Positions 12,985 to 26,951 are shown, counted from the stretch's first letter. The stretch is DNA of 64,000 bases from Felis catus (GCF_018350175.1 NC_058368.1:38008001-38072000), one strand, 5' to 3'. Notes: generated by a model not told the origin, from the sequence alone. A program made the numbers and translations.

Positions 12985-13714
12985 GATTCTAAGAGATCAA
13001 GATGGCCTTAACGTTTCCCTTAGCTTGACTACACCCTCAGCAGGTTTCTTGCTGCTGTGGGTCCCTGACTTCCCTCTGCTAGCAGCTCTTACAGAATCCA
13101 GATGTAATCACAGAGATCCCCCTTCTTCTGTTCTTTACACTTGTTACTATAGAAAACTTGTAATTGGGAATATTTTCTCTTTACTTTTTTTAATATTTAA
13201 TTAATTTATTTATTTTAAGAGGCAGAGAGGGAGAGGGAGAATCCCAAGCAGGCTCCACAGTATCAGCACAGAGCCTGACACCTGGTCGACCCATGAACCG
13301 TGAGAACATGACCTGAGCCGAAACCCAGAGTCCCATGCTTAACCAACTGGGACCCATCTCTGACCTTTTAAAGTGTATGTAAATCCTTTCAAAAAGGCTC
13401 TTGCCATTTTTATAACCCAGGAATATCTGTTCAAGGACCTGGGAGCCATCACTTTAAAATGTAATTATCAGGCAAGATAGCATCCCCATCTATCAGCTTC
13501 TCTGAGAAGGTAGTATCCTAACTTGTGCAACTTCCTTGCACCAGTGGTAAAAGTAGTGTCATGAGATATAGATAGCCTACAACCCCCTCCACCCCAGTTC
13601 CTAAAAACTCTCCTGCTGGGAGTTGAGTGGAGTTGAGTTCAGACCACACTCTGGTCTAAGTACAATCTCCTTGAAGTCTTGTTTAACTTTTCCAGCACAA
13701 TCTTTGCTTTGATA
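12985..13714 (+). mobile_element. ERV1-class solo LTR, MER67/MER31-like
   Basis: caagatggccttaacgtttcccttagcttgact, agaaaacttgtaattg, tcaaggacctgggagccatc and ttgagttcag resemble the MER67/MER31 group as recalled; boundaries approximate. Confidence 0.6.
13185..13356 (-). mobile_element. CAN-SINE inserted in an LTR
   Basis: T-rich tail, gagaatcccaagcaggctcc, catgacctgagccgaaa, cttaaccaactg. Confidence 0.9.
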
Positions 13715-14086
13715 GTTAATATTATTAAGGATTATAAAATACACAGGTTTATTAAAGGCCCAAAAGAAATGTAAGACTTACCATCCTCTGAATTCTAAAA
13801 TAATCATTTATTTTAAACCCCTCAATGTTGTAATCATTCATATACTTTTATGTATTTAGTATTACTATATTCAGTGATTAAAAATCTTCAGTGAATCTTC
13901 GAATATTGAACAATCTTATTGAACATAAGTATCTGTACAACAACTGATAATAGGAATTAGATTTAATGAATAATTTGTTATACAAAAGAAATTGTTCCCA
14001 ATTGGTTTAATACATTGCCAAATAGGATCCTTGCACAACCCTGTAAAGGAGATGATATTATCTTTCCAATAGAAAACTGAGGCTTA

Positions 14087-14841
14087 AGTCTTCTGCCCAT
14101 TAGTTAATTGGATTATTCATTTTGTGGGTATTGACTTGTATAAGTTCTTCCTGGATTTTGGATACTAAACCTTAATCAGAAATGTCATTTGCAAATATCT
14201 TCTCCCATTCCAAAGCTTGCCTTTTAGTGTTGTTGACTGTTTCCTTTGCTGTGCAGAAGATTTTTTATCTTGATGAAGCCCCAATAGTTTATTTTTTGCT
14301 TTTGTTTCCCATGCCTCTGGAGATGTGTCTAGTAAGAAGTTGCTACAGCCAATGTCGAAGAGGTTACTGCCTATTTTCCCCTCTAGGGTTTTGATGGTTT
14401 TCTGCCTCACGTGTAGGTCTTTCATCCATTTTAAATTCTCCAAAGAAGACATACAGATGGCCAAAGACACATGAAAAGATGCTCATCATCACTGATTATC
14501 AGGAAAATTCAAGTCAGAAGTACAATAAGATATCACCTCATACCTGTCAAAATGGTGAATATCGACAAGATACAACAGGTCTTGATGAGGATGTGGAGAA
14601 AGAGAAATCCTCTTGCACTGTTGGTGGGAATGCAATCTGGTGCAGCCACTCTGGAACACAGTATGGAATTTCTTTAAAAAGTTAAAAATAGAACTATCCT
14701 ATCATCCAGAAATTGCATTACTAGGTATTTACCCAAAGGATATAAAAATATTGATTCAAAGGGATACATGCACTCCAGTGTTCATAGCAGCATTATCAAC
14801 AATAACCAATAGCCATTCATCAAACTGATAAGTGGATAAAG

Positions 14842-14875
<34 letters not shown>

Positions 14876-14890
14876 ATCAGAGAAATGAAA

Positions 14891-14935
<45 letters not shown>

Positions 14936-15318
14936 GAATCAGATAAATGAAATTTTGCCATTTGCAATGATGTGGATGGAGCTAGAGTGTATTACACTAA
15001 GCAAAATCAGTCAGGGAAATATAAATACCATATGATTTTATTCACATGTGGAATTTAAGAAATGAAACAAATGAACATAGGGGAAAGGGGGAAAATGAGG
15101 CAAACTATAAGAAACTCTTAACTAAAGAACAAACTGAGGGTTGATGAAGGGAGGTGGGTGGATGGGCTAGATGGGTGAAGGAGGGCACTTGTAATGAGCC
15201 CTGGGTATGGTATGTAAGTGATAAATCACTGAATTCTCCTGAAACTAATGTTGTAGTATATGTTGGCTAACTAGAGTTTGAATAAAAAATTGAAACAAAA
15301 AAAAAAAGAAAAAGAAAA
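14087..15318 (+). mobile_element. 5'-truncated, 5'-inverted carnivore LINE-1
   Basis: 14087-14434 is antisense L1 ORF2 (WMKDLHVRQKTIKTLE); 14435-15318 is the sense ORF2 end, 3'UTR and poly(A); TSD aaaactgaggctta (14073-14086) / aaaattgaagctta (15319-15332). Confidence 0.92.
14843..14932. repeat. (CA)n and (TA)n microsatellites within the L1
   Basis: Seen directly. Confidence 0.95.
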
Positions 15319-15846
15319 AAAATTGAAGCTTAGAGTAGCTAAGAAACTTGACAGAGGTAAAACACTTTCTAAACTATGAACTTGCCTAAACTCAAAGCCT
15401 GAGATTTTCTATTATTTTGTTTATTATTTGTGGGGAAGATTATGATTTTTTTCCAACCATTTATGGTCATTTTTATAGATATTACTTTGGAACATATTTA
15501 CCTCAGAAAATGCCAACTTTACATTAATGACCTATACATTTGCTTATTCTAAAAGTAATGCTTTCCATGTATATTCATCCTGCAAATATTTGAAATTTAT
15601 ACATTTAAGCCTCAAACTTGCTTTATTTATAATTAGAATAGTCCTAGCTCAGAAATATTTTTCAAATATGAAAAATACCATTTTTATTTATGCCAGCTAT
15701 ATTTCACACATACTGTTTTGATATGCTAGTAGCATGTGATCTTTGATGCATATAAAGTGGATTATCTCCACACTAAATGGATCCAAATTGTTGCTGATGC
15801 TTTTGCTGTGAAGATTTACAACATAGTTCATTTTTCTTCTTTTTAG

Positions 15847-15908
15847 GTTTTATATATACCATCTGTATATGTGTTCCGGCTTTGAGTCTACCATTCACGA
15901 TAACTGAG
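15847..15908 (+). other. Candidate 62-nt internal exon of an unknown transcript
   Basis: Pyrimidine tract ttttcttctttttag acceptor and GAG|gtaaga donor; one frame open (FIYTICICVPALSLPFTITE). Confidence 0.35.
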
Positions 15909-16019
15909 GTAAGACTGAAAAAGCCAAATACCCATTTTTGTGCAAAGGGTAACTCTAATTAAAGAGAACATTAAGTAAATGCCTCTTGTTCAAAATCTAT
16001 GCATTTTACTTTGGCAAAT

Positions 16020-16021
16020 GT

Positions 16022-16088
<67 letters not shown>

Positions 16089-16095
16089 TATATAA
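16020..16095. repeat. (TA)n/(TATG)n microsatellite
   Basis: Seen directly. Confidence 0.95.
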
Positions 16096-17877
16096 ATTGT
16101 ATTTTTATATATTATTTTTATTTATATAATATATAAATGACATATAAACTTATATGTAAATACATATATAAACCTTATTATAGCTATTTCACTCATACTA
16201 GGAATTTTTTTTAAATTTTAGTTTAGAGCATTTGATAATATTATAGCTTATTGTATGGATCTTGGAGTCTAATGGAATTTGGTTTTAGTCCTCTCTCTAA
16301 TACATAGTTTCTAGTGTTATTAAGTTTCATGGATACCAAATAATTTTCTTCTATGTGATGCAAAAAAATAACCTTTCTATACAATGCGATATTTTAAGGT
16401 TAATTTATAATACAATACTATTCTCGATTTGTTTTCATCTTTACTTCCCTTCTTCCATGTTAGTTCACTCTGAATTTGTATGGGACAATCAAATCTATCT
16501 TAAATGATCAGGCCGATTTCAATTCCAGTGAATGGAAATCCATTTCTAAGGGGCCAAAACAACAGAAGAGAATTATATTTCTTAATTAAAACAAAACATG
16601 ATGTCAGTCTTAGAAATGGCTAGCCCAGGGTTTTCAGTGAAATCAGGGACTTTATCCTCTCATTTCTGTTTTTCTTTGATGCTTTCATAATCTCAGATCA
16701 GATCAATTGATGGCTGGCTCTTTTTCCAGGTTTGTATTCTTATAGTTCAGTGATCACAAAGGATCTGTAGTTCTAGATTAAAGAAGAAAAGGAGCTACTT
16801 TATTGTCAAAACAATTTGAAAATTCCTAGGGAAGGACACAAACATATTTGGATCATGTCACATGCCTACGCATTGGACCAACATCATTGTTGAGAAAGTG
16901 GTACATAGAATATTATGAATATACACATTACAAATAGATGGCTGATGTGTGAGTGTGAGAAACTGGTCACTCAAAAACAGTATCCCCAGTTTTTCGTGCT
17001 TTTCTAACAAATAATTGTCAAGGGCGTGTGTCAAACAACTGAATATGAAATTTCCTCTGAAAATTTATGCAGTGCTTAATTTCCATGTTCTTTATGAAAA
17101 ATTAACATTTTATATACAGCATTGTTAATTGCAAATAAAATAACATCACCACTGAGTAATATAAATGCCATAGGCTAGCTTCATTAGATTAATGAGCCAA
17201 TGACTCCAACCTTGATGTCTCTCCTAATTATGCACAATGCACTGTTTCTTTCAAAAGAAGACATCTAATTAATTAGATACAAATGTCATCTATAGGTCAT
17301 TGACAGCTAAGATGATCACTGATGATTCAGTTTAGTCCAAGGTAACTTAATACTCCTCTGGGATTTTCAGAAAATGTCATCTTTTAATCAAAACCTCCTG
17401 TAGTGAAGGATTATAGAAAAGTAAGTCTCCAAATCTTTAACTTTTTCACACAAAGTAACTGTTATCTAATCTGAGAGATAAATGCAGTGTTTTCCAGATA
17501 CACACATGTGAAGATTTCCTTTTAGTCATGTCAACTAATTAGACATTTGAAAGAAGCATGTGCTTAAGAAATAAAAGGTTCATTCACATTTTTCATTGTC
17601 AATATTTAAAACTTCATTCTTCTTTAAGAGAAGGAATATCATATATTCTTAAGAGCAATACATTATTTCCACCATTTAGTCCTGAAAAACAACCCTTTCT
17701 GATATTTTTATGTTCATATTTAAGCATATTGAAGTTGATACTCTGGGAATATTCATTAAATATGTTCTTTTACAAAGTAAAAAAATAACAGTACCTTGTT
17801 GAATGATTGAAAGCAGTATACTGTTGCAAACTAAGAGGAAATGTCTACAAACCCTATATTATTTAAAGTGTCATGAA

Positions 17878-18088
17878 GGGCGCCTGAGTAGTTCAGTCTG
17901 ACTTCAGCTCAGGTCATGATCTCGTGGTCCGTGGGTTCAAGCCCTGCATCGGGCTCTGTGCTGACAGCTCAGAGCCTGGAGCCTGCTTTGGATTCTGTGT
18001 CTCCCTCTATCTCTCTGCACCTCCCCTGCTTGTACTCTATGTCTCTCTCTCTATCTCAAAAATAAATAAATAAATATTTAAAAATAAC
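17878..18088 (+). mobile_element. CAN-SINE with a short deletion after the A box
   Basis: gggcgcctgagtagttcagtc|tgacttcagctcaggtcatgatctc lacks the ggttaagcgtc segment; A-rich tail. Confidence 0.93.
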
Positions 18089-19647
18089 AGAGTTTCACGA
18101 AAAGATTAAAATTAGGAATAGAACAAAAATATTTTATTCTTCCCTCAATCTTCATGCCAATTATCTGAATAATATGATGCCAAATAATGAATATGATCAT
18201 TAATATCATAGAATATTTTTACGTCTAGAGTTCTCACCCAGAATATTATCAAAATATTTACACACTTACTCTGGTACTTATAAACTTTAGCAAGTAGGCC
18301 ACTCTTTATAAAATTATTTATTCTACAAATGGCATTGCACCAAACACCCTTATTTATAAAGGAAAAGGATTTAGATTTCATATATTTTATATTTATTGGA
18401 AAATTAAAATTTTATTTTCTCTGTGTTTTATCCTAAAAGGACAAAATCTTCTCATCTTATTTGTGGACTTAAATTTTAAAGATCAGAAGAGGTGATATAA
18501 TACACATGTACATTATGTTGATTTTTTAATAATCCCCTTTCAAAAAAAATATGATAGAATCGTTATACTACTTCCCTAAGATATGATTTAACTAAAATTT
18601 GGTTTTCTGATTTTTTTTTATTCAAAAGTCCAGTCTCATTACCTTTTATGTTTACTTATAATGCATGAACTGGAACAAAACACCCCTATAAGAAAACATT
18701 GCCATATGTTAGCTGAGTAGATTCTTCAGGGCCTCTGAATTCTAGATAGCCTTATCTAGAACTTACTATTTCAACAGATTTTTAAATAAAGCATCTTTCT
18801 ATGTAAAATAAAATTCTATAGCCTCAAATGTAACATGAGAGTTATAAGAATAATTTTGAAAAGATACTTTCATAGAAGTTACAATCTAAAGAGATCACTA
18901 GGCATAAATATGACTAAAATACTAAGTAGAAGTTTTCTAAAGTACTAGGAATATTGCTAGGTCCTGGAATCAAGGAAGGTATGATCAAGGGAATAAAGTG
19001 ACATTTATTTTGGGCCTTGATGAGAGGTTATTACCAGATGTGTTGGCATGTAGAGAATAATCTAGGTAGAGATTGGACCGTAAGTAAATGCAAAATGCAA
19101 ATGAAGAAGTGACATTTCTAGGAAATGGCAAACATTAAAGAATTTTATTGGTGTCTAGAATGTATAAATAGGGGTATACAAGAGCAAATGCCTTAAAAAT
19201 ATGGTTGGAGATCAATGATTTATGCTCTGTAAATTCCTGTTTGGTTTATTTTGGTCAGAGTTTTCATTGTGGAAACAACTCATTTGGAAAACTTTTAGAG
19301 ATTTCATCTCACAGTATAGTGTGGGATAAATTAGAGTAAAAGAAACATATGTAGGAATTTTCAGCTTTTTAAATCCGTGCTTCTCCCCCATTTACATTAA
19401 TTATATAACCTCATGGCTTCCATTCTATTATATCAGTAACATGGATTTTATTTGAAATTTTTAAGACTTACTATAACAAAAAGAAAACCAAAACAAAGGT
19501 TAATGGGCAAAATTACATGCCTATAAAAGCTAAATTTTTAACAAATATAGAGCTTAATGCTTTAGAATAATGCAAAGATACTCAAATTACTACTTAAGTT
19601 TACATGACTTATTTTCGTTTAACCTAATTTAACCACAGTGTTAAATT

Positions 19648-19856
19648 AAAAAAAAAATTTAATGTTAATTTTTGAGAGAGAGAGAGAGAGCATGAACAGG
19701 GGAGAAGCAGAGTGATAGGGAGACAGAATCAGAAGCAGGTTCCAGGCTCCGAGCTGGTCAGCACAAAGCTCAACGTGGGGCTCAAACTCACAACCCATAA
19801 GATCATGATCTGAGCCGAAGTTGGACACTTAACCAACTGAACCACCCAGGCACCCC
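19648..19856 (-). mobile_element. CAN-SINE
   Basis: TSD accacagtgttaaatt (19632-19647) / accacaatgttaaatt (19857-19872). Confidence 0.95.
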
Positions 19857-20369
19857 ACCACAATGTTAAATTTTAATTTAACACACATGTGTATCTATGC
19901 TTGTAAGTTTAATCTCAGGGTAGAGATCATAGGGTATTGTTCAAAAGAGGAGCATGATGAGCGAAACTCTTAAATGGCATACTGTTTACGTTTATGGTCC
20001 ACAATTTTTAAATTATGCATTTTACTTTAATGAGAGAGTAATTTTGCAGCACCACAGATTAAGTTCTAGCTTAAATTTCAGGCCAAGAACTGTTCAAAAT
20101 AGGTTGTAACCATTTAATTATTGAGCACGTGGTATATTCCTATGCTGATGGTAATGGATAGGAAGGTAGAGAACCAGAAGTGCCAGAATCATTGCTTCAT
20201 CAGACATTGCAAACAGAGCCGACATATTTGAATATGAATAAAAAAAATGGGTTAACATCATGGAAGAGTAAAAACAGAAAACACTGGAGATATATAGCAA
20301 TATTCAAATCTACTGTAAGAGGCCAGGCGAAACCTCTGTAAGGAATTCATATTTAAGGTTAAGCTAAGA

Positions 20370-20772
20370 AGTGGTGCTCAAAGTGTGGTCCCTGGAAAGC
20401 ACATAGGAACTCTATAAGAAATGGAAATTTTTCGGGGCGCCTGGGTGGCGCAGTCGGTTAAGCGTCCGACTTCAGCCAGGTCACGATCTCGCGGTCCGTG
20501 AGTTCGAGCCCCGCGTCAGGCTCTGGCCTGATGGCTCAGAGCCTGGAGCCTGTTTCCGATTCTGTGTCTCCCTCTCTCTCTGCCCCTCCCCCGTTCATGC
20601 TCTGCCTCTCTCTGTCCCAAAAATAAATCAAAACGTTGAAAAAAAAAAAGAAATGGAAATTTTCCAACTGGACCCCAGATGTACTAAGTCAGAAAGAGTG
20701 CAAGATCGAGGAAACTGTGTTATAACATATACCTTCCTGGTGATTTCAGCGTGCAGTGCAGGTTGGGAATGT
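20370..20772. mobile_element. MER5A-like hAT-Charlie DNA transposon relic split by a SINE
   Basis: gtggtgctcaaagtgtggtccctgga...agaaatggaaatt...ccccagatgtactaagtcagaaa...ctgtgttataaca...ggtgatt...ggttgggaa. Confidence 0.7.
20434..20647 (+). mobile_element. Young felid CAN-SINE (CpG-rich)
   Basis: ggggcgcctgggtggcgcagtcggttaagcgtccgacttcagccaggtcacg with CpGs intact; TSD aagaaatggaaatttt (20416-20431, 20648-20663). Confidence 0.97.
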
Positions 20773-21856
20773 ATGATCTAAACTCCTACAGGAAGAGTAG
20801 AAATTGATTGAGCAAGAGGTGGGAGTGGAATGTTCCATGCATTATGCTTCAGGTATGAAGAGAGAGAGATTTGCTTAAAAAACTAAAAGAAGACAAAAGC
20901 ACAGGGAAAATGAGGTAAAATAATGCTAGGTGTACAATCAGGGGCTCAGTTGTGAAGAACTCTAGGAGGACTTTGTACTTTATTTTAAAAAGTATTCAAT
21001 TATGTATTTGTAGTATGTCATTTTATTTAAAGTCACAAATACCTATTCCTTACAAAAGTAGTATATTTAAGGTATTATTAGAGTCTACAAACCATTCTCA
21101 TTATGGCACCAAGCAATGGTGCCTTTGCCTTTCGGTATATATAATCTCCTCAGTTCCTTTCTTACTTTTATGTGTTACAGAACAACTAAATTTAATAGAT
21201 AACAATTAAAAACCACTCTACTTTCTACAGTATTGTGCCAACAGATTTAAATTAACCAATATGCATAAAGATAAGTAACTAAAAACTATTTCCATACACA
21301 TAATACTCTATAATATTATACTTTAGACTTCAAGAAGCACTTTTCCATATATGTTAACAATGTCAGTATCCTTTAAAAAGATCTATTGTACACTTACGAA
21401 TTTAAAAAGTCTTATCTAATATTCCATACTAAGTAATATCTATAGTGGGACATAAACTTCATACAATATGTATTTTTCATCTGTTTTCTTTACTGATGCC
21501 CTTCAAGCGCTTGTAAGAGTGTCTGAACCATTGTAGGTACAGTAATTGAGTCACTATAACATTATCAGCTACTAGTATGTATAGATCAATGTCAAAACAT
21601 TTAGTTGGTCATGTAATTTTACAATCTTCCATTACAGATAATCATGTTGCCCATCTCAGTCTTTCTCCATTTATGCTGCATGGTAGGCTACTTAAAATGA
21701 TGTATATATAGAAGGTTCTATCATATGCAGATTCTTTCTTTCAATACTAGGTTTACTTTTTCAATTTCTTATCACCTAACCCTCATACAAGTTTTAGCTG
21801 GCCAGGTTGAAACAGGATTTGACTTTTTCCTTAATATCTACTGTATATATATATTA

Positions 21857-21892
21857 CACACAGACACACACACACACACACACACACACACA
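21857..21892. repeat. (CA)n microsatellite
   Basis: Seen directly. Confidence 0.95.
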
Positions 21893-22729
21893 TTTTAAAT
21901 CTACTTTGTTTTGTGCAGTCATGTGAAGTGAAAGATTCATCTGTCTTCTGCATAAAAATCAAGCAGTGAGTAGTCATTGTGACAATACATAGAGGCAGCT
22001 CTTTGCTCATCCTTTCAGCCATAGCAAAGAGAGGGATTAAAAAGAGTGAAGATGCACATTTTTCCGTTATGTTTTTATACAGCCCCAAATAAGCTTGTTA
22101 CACCTAGAGGTTTAAAAAAAAATGTATTTCTCCCAGTATGCCTTGTATTAAAATGTATGTCTGCCTTGGCAACCTTCTACATATTTATATCCTACTTCCA
22201 TTGGGTCTTAACTTTCTCAAAATACAAGTAAACAATAAAGCATTGGAACACATTGGATGAAGCCAGTGAACAGAAGTTATTTTCTGCATTTGTACCACAT
22301 TAGGTACATCTTTGTTTTTTGCTCTAAAATAAAATGTATACACCTCAATTGGAAGGATGATGTAAAACTAACATATAAAACATATAGATAAAGCAATAAG
22401 ATAATTGGAAAACACAGTTATATTTGACAATATCGTTCATAAATGCTAAACAGGCAATGTGTCTGGGCCCCTCCTATGACATACATCTCTACAAATACAC
22501 CGTCTCCATAGGAAACCAAATTAAGTTTCATCATAAATTTAGTTTTTTGTGTGTGTGAAAAAAGAATTGTATATACATATGTAGAATATTTTGGCTCTCT
22601 TTGGAGTCATGAAGGAAAAACAGATAAGGAAAAACAGACAACTCTATAATAAATAAACATGGGTTAAATTCTAAACATTTTTATTTATTAGATTCTGATT
22701 TGCCCCTTAGCAGTAGAGATTCTCAAGAA

Positions 22730-22885
22730 TGATGGTAGAAAGTCTGGTTCTGAAGTACATTTACCTGGGTTCAATTTGAACTTTGTCACACAACCCTAGA
22801 TGATTTGGACAAGTTATGTAACTTCTTTTAATTTGGAATGGGATATCCTAAGGAGCAAATGAGGTAAGACATAATGCGCTTTGTT
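22730..22885. mobile_element. MIR fragment
   Basis: acctgggttcaa...tgatttggacaagttatgtaacttct resembles the MIR core. Confidence 0.5.
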
Positions 22886-25489
22886 CAGATACAATATTTA
22901 AGAAATACGTGCCATCCATGACATTAAAGATAGAAATAAAAATAATATGTAAGGTACACTATAGATTTCTCTCATGTTTTAAGTTTGTGAGATCCACTTT
23001 TACTGTTTCTTTTATATCCCTATCTAAAGTGTGTTATTTTTGATAGTATTTACAGCTTTTATCAGTAAAGCAAAAATAAATTTGTGGGGCCTTTAATTGT
23101 ATTGGTGTAGAAAATACCACACTCTAAATCTACATACATTTTTTTTTTCTTTTCTTGATTCTTTTATCTGTTCCCATTTCTCTACCCTCTGAAAACCCAT
23201 TAATTATTTTGGAAAAAAAAATCAGATTCTTAGTATTCCGCTCATATTTTAGTTCTGATATTATAAGGCTGTTGAGCAAAATAAGAATTCAAATTCTGTA
23301 ACACTAAATGTGATCATGATCTTGCAAATCTGTGCGAATCTTGGTTTTTAATATTTGTAACTACCTTAGTTAGCTTTTTGTTCTGTTTGTTCGTATTAAT
23401 CCCTTAATTGTTTTTCACATTTCTATCTGGTAAGTTGTGTACTTTTGTTCTCCAAACTTTACTTTGTCATTTGTATTCTCACCTTGGTGCCCTGATTAAT
23501 GGTGTGACCCTTGGTAATTTGCTCTGTGACTCCACAGATCTCTGTTAACTCTGCAGGCCGTTGGGATACACAGTGTTTCTAAAAGAAAAGGCTGTGTCTG
23601 TAAGTCCTTGGCAATGTTTAAAATACATATGTCTGATGACATAAAGTAGAAGTACTTATTGGAGGTATAAATGGGCTTCTGCGGATCTTTGTGACATTTT
23701 TCTAGGAATGGAATCATTTTGTGAAGCTTATTGATTGGGTTCAAGTGAGATCAGTGAATCAGTTGTAAAAACTGCACTTCATATTTTGTAATCTTGGCAA
23801 TGAATGCACTGACCAATTTCAAGGTTTAGAAGAAAAGAATCAGAAACAATGCTGCATTTGTTTAGAAATGTGCGGAATGTGTTAGATAAACCAATCAATA
23901 CCTAATTACTAGTCTGCAGCCTTCTCTGTTTTAATGCTCAGGCTTTCACAGAGATAAACCACCTGCTGTGTGACCTGATGTATTTGTTCTGACAGCACTT
24001 TTAAAGGGACTGCTCACAACCTGGCAATAACTTCCAGAAGAAATAATTTTCCGAGAGACTTATTTCCCCACACATATCCGACTAAATATACAAAGCCAAA
24101 GAAACTCATGAACAAATAAATGTATGAAGTCCAGAATCTCCAATTCTATATAACATCAGTGAAATGTAATAAAAAAAAACACACTTATTTCTCACTACAA
24201 TTAATGGAAAAACCCCAAGGGTACTAGTTATTATGTACAATTCTATCTATGACTATATGTATGTTGGTTAATGGGTAAAAGCTATTTCTAACTATCACAT
24301 TTGCTCAAACCTGTGATCAGTCCACAGAGGCACTGAAGGCTCTCACTGGTGCTCTCCGCAATTCCACCAAAATATAATTTAGAAAAAAATATTCAAAGAT
24401 TTTATTTTCTGTCATTCATGCATTGATTGCAAGCAAGACTCTGCTAAGTCTGAGTAGAATTCAGGTATTCATAATCTATGGTCCTTATAATTCCTCTTTC
24501 TCTAATAAGCAAGATAAATATGTACCCAGGGTATCTGATTACAAGACACTGTTTTCCTTTTCCTTGAAATTCTGAAAGTATGGTGCTTCAGCCAAAACAA
24601 GTCTTCAGGGGGAAAGGGAAAAGAAGGCAGCATAGGAACATTTTCTTCCCTTAGGGTATCTTGAAAACACTTTTTAAATTCAATTAATGTAATTAAGATG
24701 CTTACATGCAAAAATGGAGAAAATACTCCATCTAGACCTTATATGAAAATCTCAGGAAAACTGTATATAATTTTAAAAGTTACCTTAAAAATTCAGATGC
24801 ATTATAAATGGTAGATGCAACAACGATGTTCAGTATTACTGCTGTGGATTATTTTTTTTGGTAGTTCATATAATAGTCCTTATTGATTTTTTTTGTTATT
24901 GATTTACTTTTTAAAAAGAAACATCATCCACATATCTTCAAAGTGTCATTCGTTTCTACCTTTTCTGTCATTTTTTTAAAAACTACTTTACGTGTCATTC
25001 ACTTCTGGGAGAAGTTTGTTCTTTTTGCCAGCGATTACAGTTTTTACACTGTAACCTTTGTCATCAATTATTTCAAATACTAATTGTATTACATTATTTT
25101 GGGTTTCTACAGATAGTTTCCCCCAATTCACATAACTTGGTTTTCAATTCTAGCTCACAAAGTCCACATTGTCTGACATTATTAAGAGTAAGAATGTAAA
25201 TACTCCCTGAAATTTCATTCTGTTTAATGGAGCAATTTTTTTGTTTTGAGTTGTGACTTTCCTCCAAATATCCTCTTGTGTGCAGAATTTTTCCATAAGA
25301 GCATGCTTTTTTTGTTTCATCTTACTTATTTTTGAGTGAAGAGATATTAAATCAGACCCAGCATTTAAATATTTGCAGGTAATGTGGAAGCTGCTTCTTT
25401 GGGTGCTCTTAGATTTTATTTCCCAGGGTGTGAACTGGAGTGGAGATTGAATTATTCAACCTCCAATATAGTTTTCAGGACTTGCGGAC

Positions 25490-25536
25490 TTTGTGGGGTC
25501 TTTTTGTTTGTTTTAATATTTTTAAAGTTTATTTAT

Positions 25537-25587
<51 letters not shown>

Positions 25588-25718
25588 ATGAATCCCAAGC
25601 AGGCTCTTCACTGTCAGTGCACAGCCCAATTCGGGACTCAAATCCACAAAAGCGAGATCATGACCTGAGCCAAAATCGAGGGTCGGAGGCTTAACTGACT
25701 GACCCACCCGGGTACCCC
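25490..25718 (-). mobile_element. CAN-SINE with an expanded (GA)n tract
   Basis: TSD caggacttgcggac (25476-25489) / caggacctgcagac (25719-25732). Confidence 0.93.
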
Positions 25719-26154
25719 CAGGACCTGCAGACGTGGATTTATACTACCGCAGTGTAGTGGAGAATAGTGAAATGGGATCTGTCCTCGCTCTGCTTTGACT
25801 AATTTTGAAATTGATATGTAATGGGAAGGGACTTCATTGAAGCAGAATTTATAAAATTATGCAACTGCTATAAGCAACACACCAGGGTGAACTCTTCCTC
25901 TGAAACTTGTCCTATCACCATTCTGTCTGCAATCATTTTTCTAAGCTAAAAAGAGGGCTTGCCTATTCAAAGGTATCAGGACCTAGAACTGACCAGCCCC
26001 TACTTCTCAGCTGTTTTTAAAGCTCTTGCTTGTAGCTACATTTAGAAAAGAGGCTGTGATCTTCTGACCACTATAGCCGGTAGTTGATCAGAAATGTGAG
26101 CATGCGTGAACGGGAGAGAGGGAAAGAGAATAGTTTGTGCTTCTTTGACCCAGA

Positions 26155-26491
26155 TGTCTTAGTTCTCCTGGGCTACTTTAGCAGAATACCACAGATTGGG
26201 TAGCTCATAAACAACGGAAATATATTTCTCACTTCTCAAGACTGGAAAGTCCTAGATTAGGGTGCCAGTGTGGCCCAGTGAGGATCCTCTTCCTGGCTAA
26301 TAATCAGCTCCTTTTCACTATGTCCTGTTATGGTGGATGGAACTGTTCAAAGAGCGCTAATCCTATTCATAAGGGCTCTACCTTCATGACCTAATCACCT
26401 CCCAAAGGCCCCATCTTCTAACACCATCACATTAGGCATTATGATTCTAACTTGTGAATTTTGTGGAGACATAAACATTCAGACCTTAGCA
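26155..26491 (-). mobile_element. MLT1A-like MaLR solo LTR
   Basis: tgtcttagtt...gaataccacagattgggtagctcataaacaac...catgacctaatcacctcccaaaggcccc...aaacattcagaccttagca. Confidence 0.85.
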
Positions 26492-26509
26492 ACAGGCATG
26501 TACTTTTTG

Positions 26510-26765
26510 TTAGGTTATATATATTCCTAGGTTATATATAGATGCACATATATAGTTAACATATACATGTATAATCATATTTATATTAATATACATGGGC
26601 ATTTATGTTCACATGTGTATGTGTAACGTATGTAGTATTTAACATACATGTGATAATGTATGCATGCCAGAATGCATATTGTGTGTGTGTACATGTGTGT
26701 GTATATGCACATGCAAGCACATGCTCTTGTATATGATTAATGTGTTGCAAAGTAACAAAACATGC
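26510..26765. repeat. Degenerate alternating purine-pyrimidine (TA/TG/CA) low-complexity tract
   Basis: Seen directly. Confidence 0.75.
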
Positions 26766-26951
26766 AAATTTATGCAAAATGCATAATTTCATTTTTCTGT
26801 GATTCTGTTAATCCACCAAAGTTTTCTCTCATCAGTCATAAAAGTTCCACTTTCTTCATAAAATCTGTGTCTCTGAACTATAATGTGCTTCCTATTGGTA
26901 TAAAAGGAAGACTCAAAGCTTTTTTAAAACCTTGAATACTCAGAAGCTCTT

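Larger units (their letters stand above)
14025..15375. mobile_element. MIR fragment split by an L1 insertion
   Basis: Rejoined flanks read acaaccctgtaa...gaaaactgaggctta-gagtagctaagaaacttg...aggt, matching the MIR core. Confidence 0.6.

Noticed and set aside
16475..16980. Very old MLT1J-like LTR traces (also ~28940-29430) and L2/L1ME traces (~18850-19350, ~61200-61900)
   Set aside because: The resemblance is too faint to set boundaries by eye.
20434..20520. tRNA gene
   Set aside because: The A and B boxes belong to the tRNA-derived SINE head, followed by a CT tract, poly(A) and a TSD.
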